From Alkalispirochaeta sp. (GTDB taxonomy: Bacteria > Spirochaetota > Spirochaetia > DSM-27196 > Alkalispirochaetaceae): a DNA stretch of 64,000 bases. Below, piece after piece: positions 51,032 to 60,760 of the stretch. The stretch covers positions 4,320,001-4,384,000 of the forward strand of contig OZ271854.1 of the NCBI GenBank assembly GCA_965601925.1, in the 5' to 3' direction. Made by a program: the position numbers and the translations under genes. The first letter of the stretch is position 1. Each line of letters opens with the position of its first letter. The notes beneath the pieces are model-generated. The model was not told where the DNA came from. It searched no databases and worked only from the letters and a program-made list of their open reading frames with translations.

Positions 51032-51691
51032 TTACACGCCCGCGGTGAGCGTTTCGGTAATCAACGCCGGTGGCGTCTCTCCATCGGGGACGAAGACGAG
51101 CGCCGCGGAGTTGATGCAGTATCGCAGTCGCGTCGGGCCGGGCCCGTCGGGAAAGACGTGACCCAAGTGAGATCCGCTCATACTGTCTATGACCTCGATT
51201 CGTACCATGCCGTAGCTGGTATCCACTCGATACCGGACCGCGTCTGGCCGGATCGGCTCAGTGAAACTCGGCCACCCGGTGCGGCTGTCGTACTTCGTCT
51301 CGGATCGAAAAAGCGGTTCACCGGTAGCCGCCGAGTAATAGGTGCCGGTTCGAGCGTTATCCAGGAGCTCTCCGGTGAACGGACGCTCGGTACCGTGTTG
51401 TCGCAGCACGAAAAACTGAAAATCGGTGAGTCGCGCCCTCCACTCCTCCTCCGACAACTCAACGGGAAACGCATCGGGAGCCGGATACGACGTAACCAAG
51501 TCGCGCTCGTACGATGTAAGACGCGCCAGGAAACGCTCATCGACAGCGGCGGTCGAGTGTGCGCCCGGATCAGCGCTCGTATCGACCATAAGTCCGCTTT
51601 CCTCTTGAGCTCCTCCGGCAAACACGGCGGAAACACCCACGACCACTAGCACGATAAGACTCAGGGGAATCGATCGCGTACTGAATGACAT
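51032..51691 (-). CDS. msrB: Exported peptide-methionine (R)-S-oxide reductase
   Basis: GTERPF, GWPSF, HLGHVF.DGP and RYCINS motifs; N-terminal signal peptide. Confidence 0.93.
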   Translation of the reverse strand: MSFSTRSIPLSLIVLVVVGVSAVFAGGAQEESGLMVDTSADPGAHSTAAVDERFLARLTSYERDLVTSYPAPDAFPVELSEEEWRARLTDFQFFVLRQHGTERPFTGELLDNARTGTYYSAATGEPLFRSETKYDSRTGWPSFTEPIRPDAVRYRVDTSYGMVRIEVIDSMSGSHLGHVFPDGPGPTRLRYCINSAALVFVPDGETPPALITETLTAGV

Positions 51692-51781
51692 TCGCTACCT
51701 CCTACGATATATGTAAATACACGCGTAATATCCGACTTATTATGTAAGAAATAACGCACTTCGCGTAAAAATACAAGTCGC

Positions 51782-54229
51782 TTACGCCGACACGGTAGAG
51801 AAGTCGAACGCCGAGACGAAGCGCTCAAAGCGGCGCGCCTCGTCCCGCAGGGGCGAGAGAAGGGTATGCGCGGCCTCTCCGTCCTCGGCAACACACGCGT
51901 CCTCGACCGCCTTGGCCGCCTCGCCGAGGTCGGGACTACTGAGGTTCCACGCGCCGCCCTTTATCGCGTGGGCCACAATACGGGCGTCGGTTATGCGTCC
52001 GCTGCGCAGGTGCTCTTCCACTTTATCTATCTGCGTCTCCAGGCTTGCGGCAAACTTGCGTACAATCCTCTCGACGGTCGCTATGTCTCCCATAAATGCA
52101 TCGATCGTTGCGGAAACATCGATCGGTATCGTCGACTCCGAGTCGGCCGATGTCTGCGTACTCACTATCGCGCCGGTGTCGACCGAAGCGTGCGGTTCGT
52201 CCGTCGGCATCGTCTGCCTCAACCCGTGTCCCGCCTCGAACGCACCGGCCTTCCTCAGCCGCGATAGAACCGCCTCGATGTCGGCGTTTTTGAACGGCTT
52301 CGCCATGTAGTCGTTCATTCCGACACGAATACAACGCTCGCGATCGCCGGACAGTGCATTTGCCGTTACCGCAACAATCGGCGTAAGGATACCGAGTCTC
52401 CGTACCTTCGTCGTTGCATCGAAGCCGTTGAGATTCGGCATCTGCACATCCATGAAGATGAGTCCGATTTCGGGATGGTTGCGAATGATCTCCACCGCCT
52501 CGACGCCGTCGGACGCGACAAAGGTACGGAATCCCTTCTTCTCCAGAATGGTGCGAAACAACTCCTGATTGACGAAATGGTCCTCGGCGACGAGAACGGT
52601 GTGTGGTAAATCTGACTCCCCCGACCATACCGACGTGTCGTCCGGCGCCTGATCACCGTCTATCGCCTCGAGCTCTTCGATATCGGATGAAAAGACCTCC
52701 TCGAACGCCGATGCCAACTCCCGTTGCTTCACCGGTTTGTTGATGTACGCATCGAACCAGTGGAGGAGCTTCATTTTCGCATCGCGGGTACTGAGGCCGG
52801 TCAGACTCATCAGAACGAGAGGCGTCTTCTCCAAGAGGGGATCGTTTCGAATTTCCGAGGCCAGTTGCCAGCCGTCCATATCGGGGAGGCGCAGATCGAT
52901 CAGCGTCAGATCGAACGCCGCATCGGAGCTCACCGCTTCGCTCATCGCGGCAAGGCCCGCCGAGGCGGAACCAACCGCGGTCGTGTCGATCTTCCAGCGC
53001 TCGAGGTAGGTGGCGATCGTCGAGGCACTCTGCCGGTTGTCATCGATCAAAAGGACACGGAACCCGTCGGTGATCACCTCGGGTCTAGAGACTATCGCCG
53101 TACTGAGGCTCGGCATCTCGATCGGCACGGTGAACCAGAAGTTCGATCCGACATCGGGTTTACTCTTTACCCCGATCCGGCCGCCCATCATGTTGACGAG
53201 ATCGCGCGAGATGGAGAGTCCTAAGCCGGTACCGCCGAACTTGCGCGTCATTGAGGCGTCGACTTGCGTGAACGGCTTGAATAGGACGGCTTGGCGCTCC
53301 TTGGGAATGCCGATGCCGGTATCTTTCACCTGCACGATCATACGTCGCACGCCGCGTTGATTTCGCAACTCCGCGCCGACCCGAATGGACCCTTTATCGG
53401 TAAACTTCACCGCGTTGTTGACGAGATTGACGAGGACCTGCCGCAACCGGCTGGGATCTCCCTTCATTCTCCGCGGCAGTCGATCATCGGTATAGAGCAC
53501 GACCTCGAGCCCCTTGCGATGAGCCTGCATACTGACCATGTCCACCGCGTCTTCGATCATCTCCACCGGATCGAACTCTATCGACTCCAATTGAAGACGT
53601 CCCGCTTCTATCTTTGAAAAGTCCAAGATATCGTTGATCAGGCCCAAGAGCACTTCGTTGGCAAATTGAATCTGATGGAGATACTCCAGCTGCTCCTCGT
53701 CGAGGTTCGTCTCCCGCAAAAGCTCGGCCATACCGTTGATTGTATGCAACGGGGTACGAATCTCGTGGCTCATATTGGCGAGGAAGGCGCTTTTGGTGCG
53801 CGTCGCCGCCTCTGCGAGATCCTTGGCGCGCCGCAGCCGCTCCTCGTCGTTTTTTTGAGACGTGACGTCGTCTACGACGGCGAGGATGAAGGGGCTTCCG
53901 TCCGATATCCTGACGGCTCGCATATCGACTCGCCACCACGCGATGCGATCTCTATGGACCCTGCACCGGGAAACCAACTGAAACTCGTCACGCTCTCCTT
54001 CGACTAACTCCGAAAAAAGCGTTTGGAAGAACTCGAGATCTTCTTCATATGCGAAAGAGGCTAAGAGCTCACCGGACAACTCGTCTTCGTCGACACCGAG
54101 AAAGGCGCGGACGGCGGTATTGGCGTATTGGATGATACCTGTCGCCTCCATGACGACGATACCGATAGGAGAATGCTCAAAAATGACGTGGAATCGCCTG
54201 CCCGACGAGCTCTCACTCACAATATGCAA
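51782..54229 (-). CDS. Hybrid sensor histidine kinase (PAS-HisKA-HATPase-REC-REC-Hpt)
   Basis: FLANMSHEIRTP, NAVKFT, DTGIG, GGTGLGL, two receiver domains and AHAIKG Hpt; start uncertain. Confidence 0.93.
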   Translation of the reverse strand: MHIVSESSSGRRFHVIFEHSPIGIVVMEATGIIQYANTAVRAFLGVDEDELSGELLASFAYEEDLEFFQTLFSELVEGERDEFQLVSRCRVHRDRIAWWRVDMRAVRISDGSPFILAVVDDVTSQKNDEERLRRAKDLAEAATRTKSAFLANMSHEIRTPLHTINGMAELLRETNLDEEQLEYLHQIQFANEVLLGLINDILDFSKIEAGRLQLESIEFDPVEMIEDAVDMVSMQAHRKGLEVVLYTDDRLPRRMKGDPSRLRQVLVNLVNNAVKFTDKGSIRVGAELRNQRGVRRMIVQVKDTGIGIPKERQAVLFKPFTQVDASMTRKFGGTGLGLSISRDLVNMMGGRIGVKSKPDVGSNFWFTVPIEMPSLSTAIVSRPEVITDGFRVLLIDDNRQSASTIATYLERWKIDTTAVGSASAGLAAMSEAVSSDAAFDLTLIDLRLPDMDGWQLASEIRNDPLLEKTPLVLMSLTGLSTRDAKMKLLHWFDAYINKPVKQRELASAFEEVFSSDIEELEAIDGDQAPDDTSVWSGESDLPHTVLVAEDHFVNQELFRTILEKKGFRTFVASDGVEAVEIIRNHPEIGLIFMDVQMPNLNGFDATTKVRRLGILTPIVAVTANALSGDRERCIRVGMNDYMAKPFKNADIEAVLSRLRKAGAFEAGHGLRQTMPTDEPHASVDTGAIVSTQTSADSESTIPIDVSATIDAFMGDIATVERIVRKFAASLETQIDKVEEHLRSGRITDARIVAHAIKGGAWNLSSPDLGEAAKAVEDACVAEDGEAAHTLLSPLRDEARRFERFVSAFDFSTVSA

Positions 54230-54231
54230 TC

Positions 54232-55488
54232 CTAAAAATTGAGCTGTAGTATCTCAGACGCTTTGATCCTGATATCCTGAGGTCGTAACGGCTTTATTAT
54301 GTAACTCGATACCCCCATTTTCAGCACCTCTACGACGGTATCACGCTTTGAAAGCGCTGACAATACGATGATCGGAATTTTAATTCCTTTTTGATTTATT
54401 TTTTCAAGCACTTTAAATCCATCCATTTCTGGCATCATGAGATCGAGGAACACGAGGTCCGACTTCATAGCCTCCGGATCATCGATAAACACTCTCCCGT
54501 TGCCGTACGTCTTTATGCGTACCTTCGTATCGGAAAAGGATGCCCTGATAAGCTCTTGAATCACTTGATCGTCGTCGACGATTGCTATTTGCACCGAGTC
54601 GCCAAGCTCGCTCAGATTGAATCCCGTCGGACGCTCCATGTGGAACCGCATATCGATCGTCTCGCTTTTTCGCTTCTTCGGCGCGCTGCGGCCGACGACG
54701 TCCTCTCGGACATCGGGTGTCTGTAGAATGGGACCGCCGACCGGTTTTTCCATCAAACCGTCCATCGCCCGTTCCAAACTGTCGGTCACCTCGATTCCTG
54801 AAAAATCGCTGCGCTTCTCGAGAAACGTCTTGATGTAATCGCTACGAGTAAGGACTTTCGTGTAACGCTTCATGGCGCCGGTCGCTTCAATGATCGAGGT
54901 GAAGAGCGCCGACAGTTTTATCGAATCTACGGTAGAGACTTCGATACTCGTCATAAGAATCATGACCTTGGGACTCTTCAGATCGTACAAGTCGAGTAGT
55001 TCTCCGATCTTGTAACGCAACAGATCGATCTTTTCGAGACTGAGGCCCTGGGCGATCTCTATGAAGAGAATGTCCTCGTTTACGTGGGCCTCCACGATAC
55101 ACGGGGTCGTGTCGATGGAAACCGACACATCCAGCGCTTCGCTCACGGCGTTGAGAAGTGCATCGATCCGTATCGGCTTGGTAAGAAACCTCGTGACGTT
55201 GTACGGGGCCACCTCCACCAGCGCCTTGCGATCGACCTTCGGAGAGACGATGATGACCGGAATATCGCGGATGTTCGTGTTGTCGTGTTTTTCCCGGAGG
55301 AGTTCCAAGAGGGGCTTTCGTGTCAGATGGTAGTCGGTGATGAGCAAGTCCGGCGCGACACTGCGCAGTTTACCGGCGCCGTCGAGCCCGCTCATCGCCG
55401 TCGAGACATCGAACCCGTAACTCTTCAGTCTTTTTGTTAAGTAGTCCCTAAACAACGGTGATTCATCGATTAATAGCACTTTTTTCAT
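54232..55488 (-). CDS. Response regulator with two receiver domains and an unrecognised central domain
   Basis: N-terminal LLIDE...LLITD...KP; C-terminal IVDDD...FLDLMMP...KP; no DNA-binding domain seen. Confidence 0.85.
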   Translation of the reverse strand: MKKVLLIDESPLFRDYLTKRLKSYGFDVSTAMSGLDGAGKLRSVAPDLLITDYHLTRKPLLELLREKHDNTNIRDIPVIIVSPKVDRKALVEVAPYNVTRFLTKPIRIDALLNAVSEALDVSVSIDTTPCIVEAHVNEDILFIEIAQGLSLEKIDLLRYKIGELLDLYDLKSPKVMILMTSIEVSTVDSIKLSALFTSIIEATGAMKRYTKVLTRSDYIKTFLEKRSDFSGIEVTDSLERAMDGLMEKPVGGPILQTPDVREDVVGRSAPKKRKSETIDMRFHMERPTGFNLSELGDSVQIAIVDDDQVIQELIRASFSDTKVRIKTYGNGRVFIDDPEAMKSDLVFLDLMMPEMDGFKVLEKINQKGIKIPIIVLSALSKRDTVVEVLKMGVSSYIIKPLRPQDIRIKASEILQLNF

Positions 55489-55559
55489 AGTAGTTTACTC
55501 TCCGCCGATTATCCTCGGCACATCTGCCAAAAATCAAGGTGTGTTGCTATAATCGCCCC

Positions 55560-57476
55560 ATGGATGAAATCGATAGAGAGGTCAGCTCTGCCGATGCGCG
55601 GGAAGAGGCCCTGCGCTCCATGGTTCTCTCCCCTTCGGGGTGGCGGGGTGTCTTCGGTGGAAGCGACGAATCGCTGGACCGATCAATATCTACGACACAC
55701 CGCGATCTTGTCGCTTTGGCGGCGGAGCTGTTTGCGGACACGGTAGTCGACCGCGGAGACGCCGGTGCGATCACGATCGTCGTTGCGATCGATACGCGAC
55801 CCACCGGCGCCGCAATCGCCGATACGGCGATGCGCGTCTTTGTATCGCGATCCCTCCAAGTGCGTTGGCTCGGTGTCGCCGCCGCGCCGGAGATCATGGC
55901 CTACACCGGCGGGGACGGCGCATGCGACGCTTTCTTTTTCATTTCCGCAAGCCACAATCCCCCGGGGCACAACGGACTCAAGATGGGCTTCTTCGACGGG
56001 GCGGTCATGAACGGTACGGTCGCCCGTCCCATGATCGACGAGTTCCGCAAGCGTTCGGCCGACCAGGATCGGATGCGTCGTTTGGTCGCGAAGGTGAGTA
56101 CCGTTTCACCGGCCGCGCTCGCTCGGATCGACGCCGAGCGCGAAGAGTACAAGACCGCCGCCCTCGATGCGTACGCTCGGTTTACGCTGCGCGTTGCGGC
56201 AAGAGAGGTCACGAACTTAGGAGCCGGCGACGACGGCGCAATCGGTCATTTTCGCACGCGGTTGAAGCGCGCCCTGGAGACGCGCCCCGTCGGGATCGTT
56301 GCGGAGCTCAACGGAAGCGCCAGATCGGACTCGATCGACCGGAGCTTTCTTCCCGATTTGGGTATACGAGTCGCTCTGTACAATGATCGCCCCGGAGTGT
56401 TCGCCCACCAGATTCTACCCGAAGGCGCGGGTCTCGCGGATGCGGCGCGCCTCTTGGAGCGCCACCACGCCATGGATCCGGCATTTACGATGGCCTATGT
56501 ACCGGACAACGACGGTGACCGGGGAAATCTCGTCTTTGTGGATCGAGACGGCGGCTCGGCACCCCTCGACGCCCAAACGGTATTTGCATTAGTCGTCATG
56601 GTCGAGCTTACCTGGCTCCGCGAACGGGAGCGTGAGGCCGGCGTCTCATCGTCGCCGAAGGTCGCCGTCGTGGCGAACGGCCCGACGTCGTCGAGGATCG
56701 ACGATCTCTGCGCGGCGTTGGGGGCGCACATCTTCCGCGCTGAGGTCGGCGAGGCCAACATGGTATCGCTTGCCGACCACCTGCGTTCCGAAGGTTGGAC
56801 GATCGCCATCATGGGAGAGGGGTCCAACGGCGGTAACATCACCCCACCCTCAAAGGTGCGCGATCCGATGAGTACGCTCCTCGCAATGGTGAAGCTCCAC
56901 GCATTCTCTCTCATGCGCGTATGGAATGACGTGCGAGACGGAAAACGCGCACTATCGGCGGAGATTCGCGAAGACGGTGTCGAGCGTGCCGTCGAATCCT
57001 CCTCTCGCCCCGGCGAGGCGGATTTTCTTTCGGTGGCACAATCGTTACCGCGTTTTACGACGATCGGGACCGACGACCGGCGCGCCAAGATGTCGATCGG
57101 CGAGACGTCCCACAAGGCGCTCAAGGCGGCCTATGAACGCGCCCTGCCGGAACGCGTCTCGGCCGTTCTTCCCGACTTGGAAGAGACGTACGGGACGCCG
57201 ATCTCGTGGCGCGTGGAGAACTATGAGGGAATCGAGACGCGTCTAGGAGTCGGCAATCGAACGGGAAGAGAGACCGGGGGCTTACGCGTGATATTCTCCG
57301 ACTCCTCGGACCGCGTTGCGGCGTCCGTTTGGATGCGCGGTAGCGGGACCGAGCCGATATTCCGCGTCTTGGCCGATTGCCGCGGAGAGGCGTCGCCCCT
57401 AGTCGACCGCCTAATCGAGTGGCAGCGCGAGATGGTAGAGTCAGCGGCCGTCGCCGGAGCCGCTGCCGAGCGCTAA
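55560..57476 (+). CDS. Alpha-D-phosphohexomutase (PGM/PMM superfamily)
   Basis: DTR, SASHNP phosphoserine loop, PDNDGDR metal loop, GEGSNGG and RGSGTEP motifs. Confidence 0.85.
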   Translation: MDEIDREVSSADAREEALRSMVLSPSGWRGVFGGSDESLDRSISTTHRDLVALAAELFADTVVDRGDAGAITIVVAIDTRPTGAAIADTAMRVFVSRSLQVRWLGVAAAPEIMAYTGGDGACDAFFFISASHNPPGHNGLKMGFFDGAVMNGTVARPMIDEFRKRSADQDRMRRLVAKVSTVSPAALARIDAEREEYKTAALDAYARFTLRVAAREVTNLGAGDDGAIGHFRTRLKRALETRPVGIVAELNGSARSDSIDRSFLPDLGIRVALYNDRPGVFAHQILPEGAGLADAARLLERHHAMDPAFTMAYVPDNDGDRGNLVFVDRDGGSAPLDAQTVFALVVMVELTWLREREREAGVSSSPKVAVVANGPTSSRIDDLCAALGAHIFRAEVGEANMVSLADHLRSEGWTIAIMGEGSNGGNITPPSKVRDPMSTLLAMVKLHAFSLMRVWNDVRDGKRALSAEIREDGVERAVESSSRPGEADFLSVAQSLPRFTTIGTDDRRAKMSIGETSHKALKAAYERALPERVSAVLPDLEETYGTPISWRVENYEGIETRLGVGNRTGRETGGLRVIFSDSSDRVAASVWMRGSGTEPIFRVLADCRGEASPLVDRLIEWQREMVESAAVAGAAAER

Positions 57477-57570
57477 GTCGAAACGTACGCCCGCGTTCGG
57501 AGCGACCGCGGGGCGCGGGTCGGACGACGGCACCCTATCGCGGCGGGTGCGTCTCCCGACGGTAGAGTCC

Positions 57571-58443
57571 TCAATCCTCGATGGACCAACGGCCGTCGGA
57601 TGAGACTCGAACCAATCCCTCGTGCCGCATACGCTCCAAAACGGCGCGCACCCGGTCGGCGGCAAAGCCGGTATATTCCGGCACCTCCTCGGCGGCGATG
57701 GTGCCGCGCTCGGTAAGGGCGCGCAACACGCGGCCGCGCAACTGACGATCGCTGTCCTCGAACGGTTTCTGCCGCGTGTAATGGGCGCTTCGCCGATTGG
57801 AGTTGCCGGTTCGGCGCGCGAGCTCCACACCGAAATCCATGAGCGCCCAGTACCATTCCCGTGGGTTGTCTCGAGGAAGGGTGCGTTCGATGAGCGGGAA
57901 AATGCGCCGATCATGCACCTCCTCCTCGCCGGGGAAAAAGAGGTGGAGAAAGACGCGGCGAATGTTGGTCTCGATGAAGACGACCGGCCTGTTGTACGCA
58001 AAGGCCGCGATCGATCCCGCGGTATTGACCCCGATACCGGGAAGGGTGCGTAGCACCTCCGGGTCGTCGGGAAGAGTGCTTGCGTGCTCATGGACGATGG
58101 AAGTTGCGGAGCGATGCATGAACTTGGCACGACGATTGTATCCCAAGCCCGACCAATGGATGAGAATCTCGGAGAAGGACGCCGAAGCGAGTTGGACAAA
58201 GTCGGGAAAGCGTTCTACGAAGGGCGGAAACTTCTGCATGACCCGCGAAACCTGCGTCTGCTGCAGCATGATTTCCGAGACGAAAACCCAGTACGGGTTA
58301 GGATCGTCCCGCCACGGCATACGCCGCCCCGCCAAGCGGTAAAAGTCCCAGATCAACGCCGAGAACCGCTCCCTGTCGGGTGCGCGATCGGGATCGTATC
58401 CGACCGCGCTTATATCAAGGTCGAGAAAGAGATCACCTTCCAC
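57571..58443 (-). CDS. mutY: HhH-GPD A/G-specific adenine glycosylase (MutY-like, lacks the Fe-S motif)
   Basis: MPWR, VSEIMLQQTQV, WSGLGYNRRA, LPGIG and ETNIRRV motifs; start uncertain. Confidence 0.82.
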   Translation of the reverse strand: MEGDLFLDLDISAVGYDPDRAPDRERFSALIWDFYRLAGRRMPWRDDPNPYWVFVSEIMLQQTQVSRVMQKFPPFVERFPDFVQLASASFSEILIHWSGLGYNRRAKFMHRSATSIVHEHASTLPDDPEVLRTLPGIGVNTAGSIAAFAYNRPVVFIETNIRRVFLHLFFPGEEEVHDRRIFPLIERTLPRDNPREWYWALMDFGVELARRTGNSNRRSAHYTRQKPFEDSDRQLRGRVLRALTERGTIAAEEVPEYTGFAADRVRAVLERMRHEGLVRVSSDGRWSIED

Positions 58444-59509
58444 TACCGGCGGCGCTCTTTTCTCGTTTGCGGGCGACCTGTTCCGCCTTACGGCGGATTC
58501 GATTCCATACGCCGGCGATGCCCATCGCCTTGCGCACCTCACCGAGGGTTGCACGCGCTTCCTCGCGCATCCTCTGCGTCCCCTCAAAGATTACCTCATC
58601 TACAAGCCCCGACTCGCCGGCAAAATAGGCGCGACGCTCGCGCATAGGCGCGAGAAAACGATTCAAGGCGGCCGAAAGCTTCTGTTTGACCTCGACGTCT
58701 CCGACCCGCCCTTCCCGATAGCGCGTCTTGAGGTCCTCAACCTCGTCGCGATCGGTATTGAATACGTCGTGATATACAAAGACGGGGTTCCCTTCGACGG
58801 TCCCGGGAATGTCCGCACGCACGCGCTTGGGGTCGGTGTACATGCCGCGCACCTTCTTCTCTATCGTCGCCGCATCGTCGGAGAGCATGATGGTGTTACC
58901 GAGCGACTTCGACATCTTCTCGCTTCCGTCCACTCCTACAAGGGTCGGCACCTCGCCGACCATGACGTCCGGTACGGGAAAGACCTCGCCGTAGAGATGG
59001 TTGAAACGTCGCGCGATCTCGCGTGTCAGCTCGACGTGCGCCTCGTTGTCCTTGCCTACCGGGACCAAATGCGCTCGGGGTAGGAGAATATCGGCGCTTT
59101 GTAACACCGGGTACCCAAGAAGGCCGAAGGGCATCTCCGCCAGATTGCTGCCCCGTGCCATGTCCTTGAGGCTCGGAAGGCGTTGGAGACGCGGCACGGT
59201 CACGAGCATTTCAAAGATGAGATTGAGCTCGTAGATCTCGGGAACGGCACTCTGCAGATAAATGACCGATTTCTGCGGATCGACACCGGCGGCGAGATAG
59301 TCGAGCACGATTTCACGCGCATTGTCGGCGATACCGTCTATCGATAGCTTATCCGGCCTCGTGGTAAGGGTATGGAGGTCGGCGATAATGAAGAAGCACT
59401 CGTACTCGTCCTGGAGACGCACACGGTTCTTCAAAGAACCGACATAATGCCCGAGATGTAACGCTCCCGTCGGTCTATCGCCGGTCAGTATTCGCTTTTT
59501 ATCACCCAT
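58433..59509 (-). CDS. trpS: Tryptophanyl-tRNA synthetase
   Basis: TGDRPTGALHLGH, YPVLQSADIL, VPVGKDN and KMSKS motifs. Confidence 0.96.
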   Translation of the reverse strand: MGDKKRILTGDRPTGALHLGHYVGSLKNRVRLQDEYECFFIIADLHTLTTRPDKLSIDGIADNAREIVLDYLAAGVDPQKSVIYLQSAVPEIYELNLIFEMLVTVPRLQRLPSLKDMARGSNLAEMPFGLLGYPVLQSADILLPRAHLVPVGKDNEAHVELTREIARRFNHLYGEVFPVPDVMVGEVPTLVGVDGSEKMSKSLGNTIMLSDDAATIEKKVRGMYTDPKRVRADIPGTVEGNPVFVYHDVFNTDRDEVEDLKTRYREGRVGDVEVKQKLSAALNRFLAPMRERRAYFAGESGLVDEVIFEGTQRMREEARATLGEVRKAMGIAGVWNRIRRKAEQVARKREKSAAGSGR

Positions 59510-60620
59510 TGGAGTCGGCCTCCGCCCGTTTGTTCTTTCGTAACGATTTGATATTCCCCGTACCCATCAGGATACTGAAGGCCTCCAGGCCCGGGATGTT
59601 TTCAAAGGCAATCTTCAACACTACCGTGAGCGGGACGGCCAAAAAGAGCCCTGCGGTGCCCCACAGCCACCCCCACAAAAGCAAGGAAAGCAAAATCACC
59701 ACCGGCGAAAGGTTGAGCCTATCACCGAGCATCATCGGATCGATGACGTTCCCGATGAAAAACTGCGCTCCCGCCATACTGGCAAAGGCCGCAATCACCG
59801 GATTCCAGTCGGGCAAAAACTGTACAAGGGCGAAAATGCCGCTGATGAAGGTAATTGCCACCGAACCGATACTGGGTATGAAATTGAAGAGGAACGTCAA
59901 CACGCTCCATATGAAGGGAAAGTCCACACCGATAATCGAAAAGGCGATGTATACGACGACCGCCGTGAGGGTGCTGACGAAGAGCTTCACCGCGACGTAG
60001 CGACCGACCTGCGTCGTGATGTGGAGAAGCACGCGACTCAACATCCGCGTCGTTTCGTCCCGCATCGCCATGGTAAACTTACGTCTTGCGTACGGCTTCT
60101 CCATCAGAAGAAAGAGTAGAAAGATCATCACGACGATAAAGCCGCTGACGAACGACATGAAGTTGCCCGACAGGGATAGCAAGGTGTTACCGATGGTACG
60201 CGTGATCTGAAGCTGGCTCGTGATGTCGGCAGGAAGGTCGAAGCGCGCAATCAGGTCCTGCAACATGATGGAAAAGCGCTCCTGGTAAGCGGGGAACTCC
60301 CTGAGCAGGCTCTGCAAGCTCGAGTAAACAATCAGGGCGATCAAGAAACCGCTTGCGAGAAAGAGAATCAACACAAAGGTGATCGCGACGAAACGCGGAA
60401 TCTTCCGTCTCACCAGGAAGGTGACGACCGGCGAAAAGACGAATGAGAGCAAAATCGCAATTACGAAGGGGACGAAAATGTGTCCGGTTAACCGTAAAAC
60501 GGCCCCAACCGCAACGAGGGCGATAACCATGAGATATACGGTATTCGCTCGTACGACTCCGGCGGGTAGCCGCAGTTGTCGCACGGGGCGTTTACGGTGA
60601 AGTCCCGACTGATCATCCAT
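59502..60620 (-). CDS. AI-2E family transporter
   Basis: Hydrophobic; FNFIPSIGS, GN.IDP..LG..LNLSP and WGWLWG..GLFLAVP motifs. Confidence 0.88.
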   Translation of the reverse strand: MDDQSGLHRKRPVRQLRLPAGVVRANTVYLMVIALVAVGAVLRLTGHIFVPFVIAILLSFVFSPVVTFLVRRKIPRFVAITFVLILFLASGFLIALIVYSSLQSLLREFPAYQERFSIMLQDLIARFDLPADITSQLQITRTIGNTLLSLSGNFMSFVSGFIVVMIFLLFLLMEKPYARRKFTMAMRDETTRMLSRVLLHITTQVGRYVAVKLFVSTLTAVVVYIAFSIIGVDFPFIWSVLTFLFNFIPSIGSVAITFISGIFALVQFLPDWNPVIAAFASMAGAQFFIGNVIDPMMLGDRLNLSPVVILLSLLLWGWLWGTAGLFLAVPLTVVLKIAFENIPGLEAFSILMGTGNIKSLRKNKRAEADSNG

Positions 60621-60714
60621 GGTGGGTAACACTACAGGCTCGGCAACTCTTTGGCAAGCCGGAAATTATCCCAGCGGATCGACTGCCGGTCGACGAGCCG
60701 GCGACCTCGTGCGT

Positions 60715-60751
60715 ACGCGATTCCGGCTTCGACGGAAGTCCGGAATCGCGT
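60715..60751 (-). terminator. Stem-loop downstream of lpdA
   Basis: ACGCGATTCCGG-CTTC-GACG-GAAG-t-CCGGAATCGCGT; no clear U-tract. Confidence 0.6.
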
Positions 60752-60760
60752 GGTGAAAAA

